Shown here piece by piece: positions 1 through 9,659 of a DNA stretch of 64,000 bases. The notes under the pieces were generated by a model. The model was not told the DNA's origin. It saw nothing but the letters and a program-made list of their open reading frames with translations, and ran no database searches. The DNA comes from Meyerozyma guilliermondii. Taxonomy: Eukaryota. The position numbers and the translations under genes are program-made. Each line of letters begins with the position of its first letter. Positions within the stretch are counted from its first letter, which is position 1. Location of the stretch: positions 744,001-808,000 of the forward strand of contig CP128816.1 in assembly GCA_051546255.1 (NCBI GenBank), read 5' to 3'.

Positions 1-1008
1 TTTTCGGAAAGCTGCGACGTTCATCATCATAAGGAACAGGTACTTGTTTCTTTCTTAGCAATGGAGTAAAGAGTCTCTTCTGATAGACAGGACCCTCTAT
101 CTTTTCATTATCGTCTAACATTGCAATAAAGAAAACTGGAATCTACAAAACTATAAATAGGGGTGTGCCACCGATAGTATGGCACGGCACCATGCGTTGT
201 ATCCGCGGTGCGGCTGGCAATCTTGTTAACTACGGAAGCGGATATATGCACGGAAATAAAGCTAGGTGTCACTTCCGGCGATCGCGCCTAAATTTGTCTG
301 GGCTCGGCACATAAAAATGCGATTATTCAGCAGCATGATTCAGCGGTGATAAGCTTTGCGATATGAAATGTGACCGTAGGTAGAGTAGGATATTCTAGAG
401 TAATACGGGTCACTTATAATGAGTCATTTGGTCACATTTAGCCTAATTCAGGGTTGCAGTACATCACAGCGAATTGTGTGTAGGATTTGATAGGAGTCGT
501 ATTTTGCTTCGCCTCGCACTAAACGGGTAAAAGTGAGGCTGCGATTGTATAGCGATCATAGATTTTCAAGTAAACGTTATTCGCACTCATTTTCAGATTG
601 GTACACAAGTATTTTCTTTCGCGCTCTAGATTCTTTGATAACAAGGAACAATTATGCCTACAAAATAAATCAATTTGAGCTTCAAATTTCATTACGACAA
701 GAGCCTAACAGGAGAGATCGCTACGAACATCTGCATTATCGAAAAAATGGTGATGAACTGAATATTTCAGTCTACTTATTCTTTAAACAAACCTGGCAAT
801 TTGGATTCTTCTAATGTTCCAATGTAGTCCGTTCCACCATGCTATCTAATAGGTATCGCACCGTCACCAATCATTGAAAACAACTACTGGACATGAACAT
901 TTCAAGCCACCTTGTAAGGAACTGCAGTTATGATAGCCCATTAACGATTGTTAAGAATACATCACCTTGTTGAGTAACCCAGTCGTATACAGTTGAGAAC
1001 ACAAAGAA

Positions 1009-1380
1009 TCATTTCATAAATTCAGTTTTTCTATCTTGAACGTCTTGTTTTGCAACATCTATTTCCTGAATTGATGTCAGATATTTTCCCAGAACTATAG
1101 CAGCAGATACCACCGATTCAAGCACTGCAGTAATACAATCTTCCCAGGTTGTCTTCTTCGCGTTATCATTGGGGCCGCACTGCTTGGATATATCGAGTAA
1201 ATGTCCTCCTCCCAGCGCAGCATACCCTACTGTGATAAGAAGCTTTCTGGTACTTAGCTCAACAAAAGTTGGCTCCAACGTTTCCAATGACTTTGCAGCG
1301 ATAGCAACGAGTATCCATTCCCAAGATGCTAAAACTCCAACGCTAATAGAACACAATATGATCAAGTGGTTAATCCTCAT
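1009..1380 (-). other. Putative small secreted/membrane protein, possibly a truncated killer-toxin-like gene
   Basis: 123-aa ORF with a signal-peptide-like N-terminus (MRINHLIILCSISVGVLA) and a hydrophobic-Cys-loop-Cys-hydrophobic core. The frame stays open for 26 more codons after the TGA. Confidence 0.3.
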
Positions 1381-1565
1381 ATCCAGTTTGTTATAAGTTT
1401 AATGAGATGTTTGATTGCAACTATTACAAGGAAAGAAACGCCTCCAATGGCTACCAATACGATGAAAACCCGTGATATACGTATAGCAGTACTGTCAATA
1501 GGACTATATTTAAAATGCTCTCTAATATTCTTGTCTGCCGAATCCTGTTCTTCTATATTGGTCAT
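1377..1565 (-). other. Putative 62-aa single-TM ORF overlapping the next ORF by ATGA
   Basis: MTNIEEQ...RVFIVLVAIGGVSFLVIVAIKH. ATG at 1565 lies inside the 1377..1829 ORF, and its TGA overlaps the ATG at 1380. Confidence 0.25.
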
Positions 1566-2986
1566 TCCGGCTTCTATTTGAAGCGAAGGAAATTTGAATA
1601 GACTGTATATGCGGCGGGGACGGACGGTTCCGTAATGGTGCGGTACCGAGGCGTTTTTAAGCATACTGCGTGGCTCGCCTAAACAGTAAATGATAGCATG
1701 TGTTTGGTCAAAGGACTGAGCCTGAGTAATGTGATACTTTCTCAAAGGTCTAGAAAAATCATCAGTTTTCAGCTGGAAACTCGTTATAATAACTACGTTT
1801 TCTTGAAACATAAATAGCACCTCGTGCATGATAGTACATTACCGGCTTTGACTGCTTCAAAGTTCCATCACTCAAATTTAAAAGTGGGGTCTGTAATTGT
1901 TTGAGCTCGGAAATTGATGGTTGTGAATATTGTTAGCTTTCTTTTTGACATCTTCTTGACAGATGGTGCGGCGCAGAAGCTTTTCAAGCCGCACGAAATC
2001 AAGTTTAGTGAAAGAATTAGCGAACCAAAATCGACGAGTTCCCTTCAATTGCAATATTATTTGGTCTCAATTACGTGATGAGAGCATTGTGACTTTTGGA
2101 ATCTTTAGGCGAATTTAGATGAATTTTGGCTACTTATTACGAGTCTGTGGTATAATTTCAGCCCGCGAATTGAACTTCAGGCAGCGAACTTGTTTCGGAA
2201 ATACTATGCTTTTAGGGGTACTATGCTTTAGTGTGTAAGTTGCTGAGAGTAGTCTATTTAGTCGTAGTATATCAGAAGTGAATTGGGTGTAGGAACTAAA
2301 ATGATCGTAATTGGTTCCCATAATTATTTCGTTCGCACTTATTAAGAATAATGACGTTTCAAATTTAGCACTCAGAAATACATTCTTAACTAACAGAGAT
2401 TGAACACAATTACTTGAGGAGATGTAGCACAATGCATCGACTTATATGTATATATGTATATAAATATGAAGGCTTCGCTCTGCTTAGGATGCGCTAAAAT
2501 AGATTGAGTTGAACATTGTGATCCTTTTCCACACTTCACAGTATTTCAACAAGAATTAGTGAGACCCCTCAGGTGGCCTTATCCCAAACTCTTCATAACC
2601 AATCCCATCTTCCAAAGATCTCTTGATATCCTCACGTGCCCTGGACTGCTGGATTATATGCCGTACCATCACCGCACCTTCAGGGCCATTGAGTACATTA
2701 CAACCTATTAAATACACCATCGTTATTTTTATCAAATTTGGTTTTCATCCCCTATTATTATTACCATAGTATCTCCGAACACTACAAAATCGCCTTTGAA
2801 GAGCAGTTGATCTTTTGCCCACATTTTTGAATTTTGGGACCAATCACCATACTGACAGTCAATCAAATAATACCTGCTTTTTTGCTTTTCAAGGCTGATC
2901 TCTCCCATAGTCCTTTACGCAGCAACAACAGTGCTTCCTAACCTACTCCAAACTGAACAAAACTAGCTGATTCATCATTTTTCATC

Positions 2987-4614
2987 ATGTCTGTTCAGCT
3001 ATCTCCAGAGCTCGAATTAGAAGTGGATCGCATAAGACAAATAGAAAATGACAACCGAGATGTGGTCGAGAGCTTTCGATGGTTTGACAACCGTGACTCC
3101 GATCTTGATGACCTTATGCTTCCTGAAAATAGATACGAATTAGGGGAATCCGAGTCATTAACCTTCCTCTACAACTTGTTATACGACGAGGAATCCATAC
3201 TATCAAAAGCGGATATACTCCGCATTCTCACCTCTCTCAAAAGCAGGGAAGACACTTCGACATTTTCCGTGGACTCGCTCGAACACTGTGATGTTCAGGG
3301 CATTCAGTGGCCGGCCCACTTGCGAGAAAAATTCATACTAGATCGTGATCGAGTCGGTTTGGATTCGTGGTTTTACAGCATTGAAAACCTGCGCCAGAAA
3401 GTCAGAGAAGTAAGTGAGATCATTTTTTTGGCTTTTCTTCAGTACTAACTCAGTCTATTAATATTGCAACCTACGCTTCGAAGACAGATTTTTTCGAATT
3501 CCAACGATTTTTTTCCAAATTGAAACTCAATATCACCCATTTTCAACTACGCAACCTACTCTGTGGCTCCAACAATCCTCGTACTGGAGTATTCTACCCA
3601 CTGTGCTACTATCACGACCACAACTTAGACCCTATAACGGACCAGGAACCAGACGAATATAACTGTTTCTTCAAGATCAACAGACTCATGCCCGACAATT
3701 TGGCTACAGCGAAAGCTGGTGCCATGAAGTTGGACTGTATAATCGACTCGAAAAACTTATCGTACAACTCCTACAGTCGAATATCCACCATTACTTGCTC
3801 CAACAAGTACTTGGTGTGTGGAACATTTGAGGGTAATTATATCCTTTCTGATATCAGCGTGCATCGTGAACCTCGAGTACTAGGAGAGTACTCACTCACA
3901 AAGAGCTCTAATGGAATCATAAACAATATTTTAATACTGGACGACCAACAAGTGGAATTTGCACTAAATGACAGTTCCTTAATATTTGTCGATGTTACTA
4001 CAAATTCGACAAGAAAAACCACCTCACCATTCCCGATCAACTGTATGGCCGAAAACCCTTCTAATAGAAACGAAATTCTTGTTACTGGCGATTGTGTTGA
4101 TTCGTTCATCATAGACAAGCGTGCCAGTGGATTCCAATCAAATTCAGTAGCACTCAAAGGGCATCAGGACTTTGGGTTTGGCTGCGACTGGTCACCTAGA
4201 GATGAGAACATGATCATAACTGGCAATCAAGATTGCTGTGTCAAAGTTTGGGATAGAAGAAATCCCCACCAGAGTCTTTGTACCTGGGAGAGTGCATTAG
4301 GATCCATGTCTTCCCATAGCGGACCTGTAAGAAATGTCAAGTTTAGTCATGGCGGAGAGTACATTTCGTGGGCGGAAAGCTTGGACCACGTTGGTATGGT
4401 TTCAGTTACTGATCTTATGGACTCTCCTGAGAGAATGCAACCGCGAGTACAGAGCATAGACTTCATTGGAAAGTGCACAGGACTTGCATTTGCACCATCA
4501 GATGACGATGGCGAGTACTTGAATATCGGAGTAAGCGACTGTCCCCTCGGAGGTATCATGTCGTACAAGCTCGAGAGTAAAACCAAGCTGTTAGATTTTG
4601 ATTTTCTGTTCTAA
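2987..4614 (+). CDS. WD40-repeat protein (DUF2415 / Gid11 / S. pombe C2A9.03-like); two exons, 2987-3409 and 3454-4614
   Basis: A phase-0 intron joins the two ORFs in frame. Motifs HFQLRNLL and GHQDFGFGCDWSP...TGNQDCCVKVWD (WD40). Confidence 0.8.
3410..3453 (+). other. Spliceosomal intron, 44 nt
   Basis: GTAAGT donor at 3410, TACTAAC branch point at 3443-3449, CAG acceptor at 3451-3453. Removal restores the frame. Confidence 0.9.
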
Positions 4615-4643
4615 AGTGTATTATAGAAGCTAATGAATATGAT

Positions 4644-5093
4644 TCACCACATTTCGTCGACGTTTTCGCTAACCTGTAGCTTTCCACCTATTTCATCTAC
4701 CAACTGATCCAACTTGGATATCCTAGCTTGGTCCTTTCGAATAGTAGCTATCACCCTTAACTTGTTTCTAGCCTTTGCTACATTTTTCTCATACACCGCA
4801 ACCTCTGAGTCTCCGTTAGTCATTGGAACGTCTAACAAGCGCTCCAATTGGTTTAGATGTGACTCCATGCTCTTTTCTATGTCTTTTCCATCCTGTTTCC
4901 GCCATATGTTTAGTACTTCTTTCATATATCCAATGACTATAAATCGCTGAAATCCAGTTTGATATCCATATTCTTTTCCCTCGATGAACTGGTGATGGGT
5001 AGCTTCACGCTGACCTTCCTCGTACCCCTCCTGATAGTACTGCTGTTCCAAGTCGAGGACTTTATCTATTTCGTCTCCAGGATCGATGTTCAT
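4644..5093 (-). CDS. LTO1: Lto1 (Yae1/Lto1 family Fe-S adaptor for Rli1)
   Basis: LDLEQQYYQEGYEEG...EGKEYGYQTGFQRF GX3 repeat motif; near ORC5/POL2/YIF1 as in S. cerevisiae. Confidence 0.85.
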   Translation of the reverse strand: MNIDPGDEIDKVLDLEQQYYQEGYEEGQREATHHQFIEGKEYGYQTGFQRFIVIGYMKEVLNIWRKQDGKDIEKSMESHLNQLERLLDVPMTNGDSEVAVYEKNVAKARNKLRVIATIRKDQARISKLDQLVDEIGGKLQVSENVDEMW

Positions 5094-5122
5094 GAGAAGA
5101 TGCTCGCGATATGTTCAAGATG

Positions 5123-5130
5123 CTCATCGC
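5123..5130 (-). promoter_or_regulatory. PAC element (GCGATGAG) upstream of LTO1
   Basis: CTCATCGC about 30 bp upstream of a ribosome-biogenesis gene. Confidence 0.5.
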
Positions 5131-5268
5131 GAATATAAATTGGCTGCGAATCAAGAAAGATGATAATTGATTTGAGAGAAAATTGTAATTGACTTGATGA
5201 TTCTATCAGTAGATCTATATTCATTGTAATCTTCATATAAAGTAGAACTGAATGTTAGTCGGAAACTG

Positions 5269-6681
5269 TTATCCTATTAAATCCTCAACTGTCCTCAAAA
5301 AATGTGCCTCAAATTCATCGACGGTTTCTTCTCCAACTAAGTCTACCAAAGGAGCCGCAAATCCAAAGCAGATGTTTATAACACCCTCAACACATATACA
5401 TGAGAGACCCATGTTCACCGCATTTCCCGTTGATTGACAAAACCAAGCAGAAGTAGCATACCAATCTCCACAAGAAATGTCCTGAACGCCAACATTGGAA
5501 CAGTCCAAAGTCTTCCACTCAGTCAGCCCTAGCTGCTTATCTGCCAAAAACCATGGGTTGATGTACTTCAATACACCTACAAACCTGAAAGGGAATCTGG
5601 AAGCGAGATCTTTCAGAAGTGTTTCATCGGTCTTTCTAAGCGGTGACTTCTTGTCAAACCACTTATCAGGAGATGGAATCGGGGCCACTAAACTCATAGA
5701 TGTGGACATAAAAAGACCATACCTATTCGCACATTCTGGTAGGTACCTTCTTCCATTAATATCGATGCAAATATTCGACGAAGTGTTCATCATGGACAAT
5801 TTCTTCTTCACTGTTTGCTGGAACGAGTACAATGTCAAGATGGTCAAAAGAGGAGTGAATGTCACTTTGTTGGCTTTGCAAAGTTTGAGAAGTGGCCCAG
5901 CCAAATCCTTCGTCAAAGAAACTGCTCGTATAAAGGTTTTGGGGTCTGGTTTGCTCCGACATCCAGATACAAACACAGGGTTTCGGTACATATTTGGCCC
6001 ACCTTTAATGTAAGTTCGAAAAAACTTTTTTGCAAAAGGAGGCACGCAGAACTCATCAAGACCAATTCGAATGACTTTGAAAATGGAAACCTTGTACAAC
6101 CACAGACCGGAAAATGGACCACGAGGAATCTTACCCAAGCTGGGGGCATCTTTTTCGTAGTCAAATAAAACTGGCTGATAAGAAAGATTGGGTGATTTCC
6201 AGCACTCGTTCAATTCTTTCACCAAGTCCTTCATAAATAGAACACCACTAGTTCCATCAAAGAAAGTGTGGTCACAATAAAAACTAAGAACCTGAGTGTC
6301 AGGGTTCTCAAATACCACCAACTGCCACAATGGGAGATGTTCACCAATTGGACAGACTCTTTCATCAAGCAGCGTAAAAAAGTCGCTGTCTACTTCTTCA
6401 AACTTTTCAAAGGAGACTGCCGATTCAAATTCAATTTTTTTGAGGTAGTTGATTTTGAAGTTTGACCCATTGCACTTCTTATCATTAAAATTGCCGTTTC
6501 TAAAAACATTAGACGAAAGATAAGGAGTCTTTAAAACCATAGCCCTGAGGGCATTTGACAATTGTATCGCATCTGTCTTTCGATTGAGCTCTACCGAGAG
6601 GTTAAAGTTGCTGTAGAACCTTTTCGTGCCTTGACAGATATAATAGCATTCTAGACCATCAGGAACTCTGGCGTAGTCCAT
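5269..6681 (-). CDS. Alcohol acetyltransferase / Sli1-Atf family acyltransferase
   Basis: HxxxDG catalytic motif (DHTFFDG), LPLWQLVV motif, about 470 aa; first ATG at 6681. Confidence 0.8.
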   Translation of the reverse strand: MDYARVPDGLECYYICQGTKRFYSNFNLSVELNRKTDAIQLSNALRAMVLKTPYLSSNVFRNGNFNDKKCNGSNFKINYLKKIEFESAVSFEKFEEVDSDFFTLLDERVCPIGEHLPLWQLVVFENPDTQVLSFYCDHTFFDGTSGVLFMKDLVKELNECWKSPNLSYQPVLFDYEKDAPSLGKIPRGPFSGLWLYKVSIFKVIRIGLDEFCVPPFAKKFFRTYIKGGPNMYRNPVFVSGCRSKPDPKTFIRAVSLTKDLAGPLLKLCKANKVTFTPLLTILTLYSFQQTVKKKLSMMNTSSNICIDINGRRYLPECANRYGLFMSTSMSLVAPIPSPDKWFDKKSPLRKTDETLLKDLASRFPFRFVGVLKYINPWFLADKQLGLTEWKTLDCSNVGVQDISCGDWYATSAWFCQSTGNAVNMGLSCICVEGVINICFGFAAPLVDLVGEETVDEFEAHFLRTVEDLIG

Positions 6682-6740
6682 GGTCAATACCCAACTTGAA
6701 AGTTGAGGAAAGTTTAGTTTTCACATCTCTTAAGATATCA

Positions 6741-6880
6741 CATCAAGTTGCATCAATTCGCATCAGTTTGGAATTTGCATCAATTTGCATTATTCGCAGC
6801 AGTGTGGATGTTGCATCAATTCGCATTATTCGCACCACATCAATTTGAATTGCGCATCAATTCGCATTATTCGCACTGCA
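6741..6880. repeat. Degenerate tandem repeat, 9-10 bp units GCATCAATTC / GCATTATTC
   Basis: About 10 copies; GCATCAATTCGCATTATTCGCAC occurs twice exactly. Confidence 0.8.
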
Positions 6881-7022
6881 AACAGGCATAGTTCTTTCCA
6901 CTTCGGACTTATCCTATTTGCTCCTAACCAGTTTTTGCTTGCTCCTAACCTATTCTTTACGTCCTCCACGCTATTCAGTTGCTGGTATTTACTACATTGA
7001 GTTAAGAGAGTAGGAGTATGGA

Positions 7023-8072
7023 ATGGAATCCGATGAGGAATTTCTTCACGATGATATCGTAGAAGGAAAAAGAGTAAGGGCATTGCATAGAAACGATGTG
7101 AAACTTCAGTACGATTCGGACCTGTCGCTGTCAGACTATGAGAATCCAGACAAAAACGGTAACGAAAAGGACGATGACGACGATATGTTTGCCAGTGAAG
7201 ATGAGAAGGTGGAAAAGACAGATAAGAAGAAGGTTGACTTGTTGGACATGAATGAGTTTGAGAAGGCTCTGGGGGTTGAGAGCTCGGTCTATGAAGGAAA
7301 AGAGACATTGGACGAAGACCAAAATGAAGAAGATGACGATGATGATGATGAAGCCAATGCCTACTATATCAATGCTGAAGACGGTGAGTCAAAAGGTCGT
7401 AAAAAGGAACCAAAACTAGAACAGTTCAATCTTCGAGAAGAAGCAGAGGAAGGTGTGTTTGATGCCGATGGAAACTACGAACGCAAAGCATCCACAACCG
7501 AAGAAGAAGCTTGGATGAACTCCAACGGAGCAGAAACTAGAAGAGCAAAAAGGGCCCAAAAACTTCGAGAAAAGAACGAGCAAAGGGCACGTCGTCAGAA
7601 GTTGGAGGACTTTCGAGACATTGCCGAAAATCTTCGAATTTTAGTCCAGTTCTTGGAACCTACTGAAACTCCACTCGAAGCATTGGCGAGATTGGCGCCT
7701 AAAAAAAAGGGTAAGAGTATCTCTGAAGAAGAAACTCTGCGAAAAGAAATGGTCTTTGATATCACAGAGGCGTGTGATCGCTTGACCAACGACAACGATA
7801 TTGACGATGTTTATGACAAATCACGAGAAGAACTAATGAGACTATATTCACGAGAAACCGGTCAGGAATTGGAACAACGAGGGATCAAGCGCCTGAGGGA
7901 GGAAGAGGATTCTCAAGAATGGGAGTTTCGCTGGAAGGGAGAAGACATTGTAAATGGGCCATATACGGTCCAGCAAATGGCTGAATGGGTTGAACATTAT
8001 TTCAACGGTGATGTAATGGTAAGACGTGTAGGAGAGAATGAGTTTGCGGATGTCAACGAGGTCACATTCTAG
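7023..8072 (+). CDS. LIN1: Lin1/Snu40 U5 snRNP GYF-domain protein
   Basis: Acidic N-half with FNLREEAEEGVFDADGNY and ETPLEALARL; C-terminal GYF domain WEFRW...GPYTVQQMAEWVEHYF. Confidence 0.85.
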   Translation: MESDEEFLHDDIVEGKRVRALHRNDVKLQYDSDLSLSDYENPDKNGNEKDDDDDMFASEDEKVEKTDKKKVDLLDMNEFEKALGVESSVYEGKETLDEDQNEEDDDDDDEANAYYINAEDGESKGRKKEPKLEQFNLREEAEEGVFDADGNYERKASTTEEEAWMNSNGAETRRAKRAQKLREKNEQRARRQKLEDFRDIAENLRILVQFLEPTETPLEALARLAPKKKGKSISEEETLRKEMVFDITEACDRLTNDNDIDDVYDKSREELMRLYSRETGQELEQRGIKRLREEEDSQEWEFRWKGEDIVNGPYTVQQMAEWVEHYFNGDVMVRRVGENEFADVNEVTF

Positions 8073-8078
8073 GATTTA

Positions 8079-9527
8079 TTATTCTACTAAATAGTTTTGA
8101 ATGGGAAAGTTCACATCGTCCGCCAAACTGGATACTATGGTCCATGAAATATTACACTTCCACCTAGCTTTTGAACTCAAAATATCGGCAGAAGATGTTC
8201 TTCCAAGAAGCCCTAAAGACACCAACGTAGCTATCTGGCTATTCAACTCGACGTTGGAATTGAGAGAAAACAGGTCCTGCTCTTTTTCTCGTTCCTTCAT
8301 TATTCTTTCAAGCTCATCTTCGTATAAATTAGCCAAATCAATGGTGGGTATATTAATTGAGTCCGACTCGTTTCTGTAGATTACTCTCAATATTGCCAAT
8401 AGTCTTTCAAGGTCAAAAAATGCGGCATTAAGGAGCCTCGAGTCTATATCCTCCTTGGATTGCATACCCTTTCTGAGCTGACCAAGACTAGTTTTCGCTT
8501 TCTTTACTCGACGAGATTTGAGTTTGGAGAAGGAATTGATATCGCTTCGGGGATCAACGAACGATGCCAAGTATGATGCTATCAAGATGAATTTTGAGTG
8601 ATATGGAAGGTCTGAAATGTTAGCAAGCAGCGACTCGCTTTCATCGTCGTCATTCTCAAGAGGAACGTCTACGACATAATCATCTGTGAACAAATGTCTG
8701 CGATCTCGATAAACCTGAAAGAAATCTTGTGGGGTATATCGACCTTCTCGAATAGGCAAGGTAAAGTTGTCCCAAAGTTTGACACAAATGTCCATAAGCA
8801 AGCTCAAGTTGCAACCCGTGTAGCTGTAGTATAGATCAACTACAATCTTACAGTACTGAGCCCAAAAAGTGCCAGTTTCCTCCATGCCTTGAAAGTGACA
8901 CAACTGATGCAGCTGCAATATTTGTACCACCTGGCTTTCTGAATACGGTTTGAAATAAATAACTGGAACTGTCAACGTAGCGATTTCATTGGGTACGGCA
9001 CCGGAAGTTATTATTATCACGGTCAAGTTTTGGAGTGCTCGACGCTCCACCATTCGCAGAAAAGAAGTGAATAATTCGTCTGATTTTTCCATGCATTGAT
9101 CAAATCGATCGAGTACGAGCACATGTCGATGGGCATAGTTTGTCTCTGTGAAGAACTGCTCCAATATGTCCAAAAAGCCCGCAAAAGTGTCACATAAAGC
9201 TCCAAAACGAGCTTCTTCTCGTCCTTTATTTTGATATTGTTGCTTATAATTTTGAAGATCAACGCCACTATCAAGCCGTATGTTCTTCAAGCACCGTTGA
9301 AGCAAAAGCTTCTTCGTCACACACTCATCACATCGAATTATGGTTTTATTTGTTGCAATAGTATCCAAAAAGAACTTCACTAGGAACGTCTTGCCTACGG
9401 ATTTGTTCCCATGTACTAGTAGTACGGGAGCCAGCAAATTATGGTCTTCATTCACGAATGTCTTTAGGAACTGGAGCTCGTTTTCTCGGAATAAAGGTGT
9501 CTTGTCATCGGTATTACTTGAGGGCAT
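8079..9527 (-). CDS. ORC5: Origin recognition complex subunit 5
   Basis: Walker A GNKSVGKT; SKFILIASYLASF and FDLERLLAI ORC5_C motifs. Confidence 0.92.
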   Translation of the reverse strand: MPSSNTDDKTPLFRENELQFLKTFVNEDHNLLAPVLLVHGNKSVGKTFLVKFFLDTIATNKTIIRCDECVTKKLLLQRCLKNIRLDSGVDLQNYKQQYQNKGREEARFGALCDTFAGFLDILEQFFTETNYAHRHVLVLDRFDQCMEKSDELFTSFLRMVERRALQNLTVIIITSGAVPNEIATLTVPVIYFKPYSESQVVQILQLHQLCHFQGMEETGTFWAQYCKIVVDLYYSYTGCNLSLLMDICVKLWDNFTLPIREGRYTPQDFFQVYRDRRHLFTDDYVVDVPLENDDDESESLLANISDLPYHSKFILIASYLASFVDPRSDINSFSKLKSRRVKKAKTSLGQLRKGMQSKEDIDSRLLNAAFFDLERLLAILRVIYRNESDSINIPTIDLANLYEDELERIMKEREKEQDLFSLNSNVELNSQIATLVSLGLLGRTSSADILSSKARWKCNISWTIVSSLADDVNFPIQNYLVE

Positions 9528-9659
9528 TCCATATGGTCGTTTATATTTCGCATTGAATTTGGTGATCTTCGCACCCAGACCCCAAAGTTGCAGCCATTTA
9601 CTTTCATACTTGATGGTATCTTTATTTTTAATGCTAGCTAATGCTGTTTTGCTGCTAAT

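Noticed and set aside
533..814. 93-aa plus-strand ORF
   Set aside because: GTG start, no motif and no coding signature.
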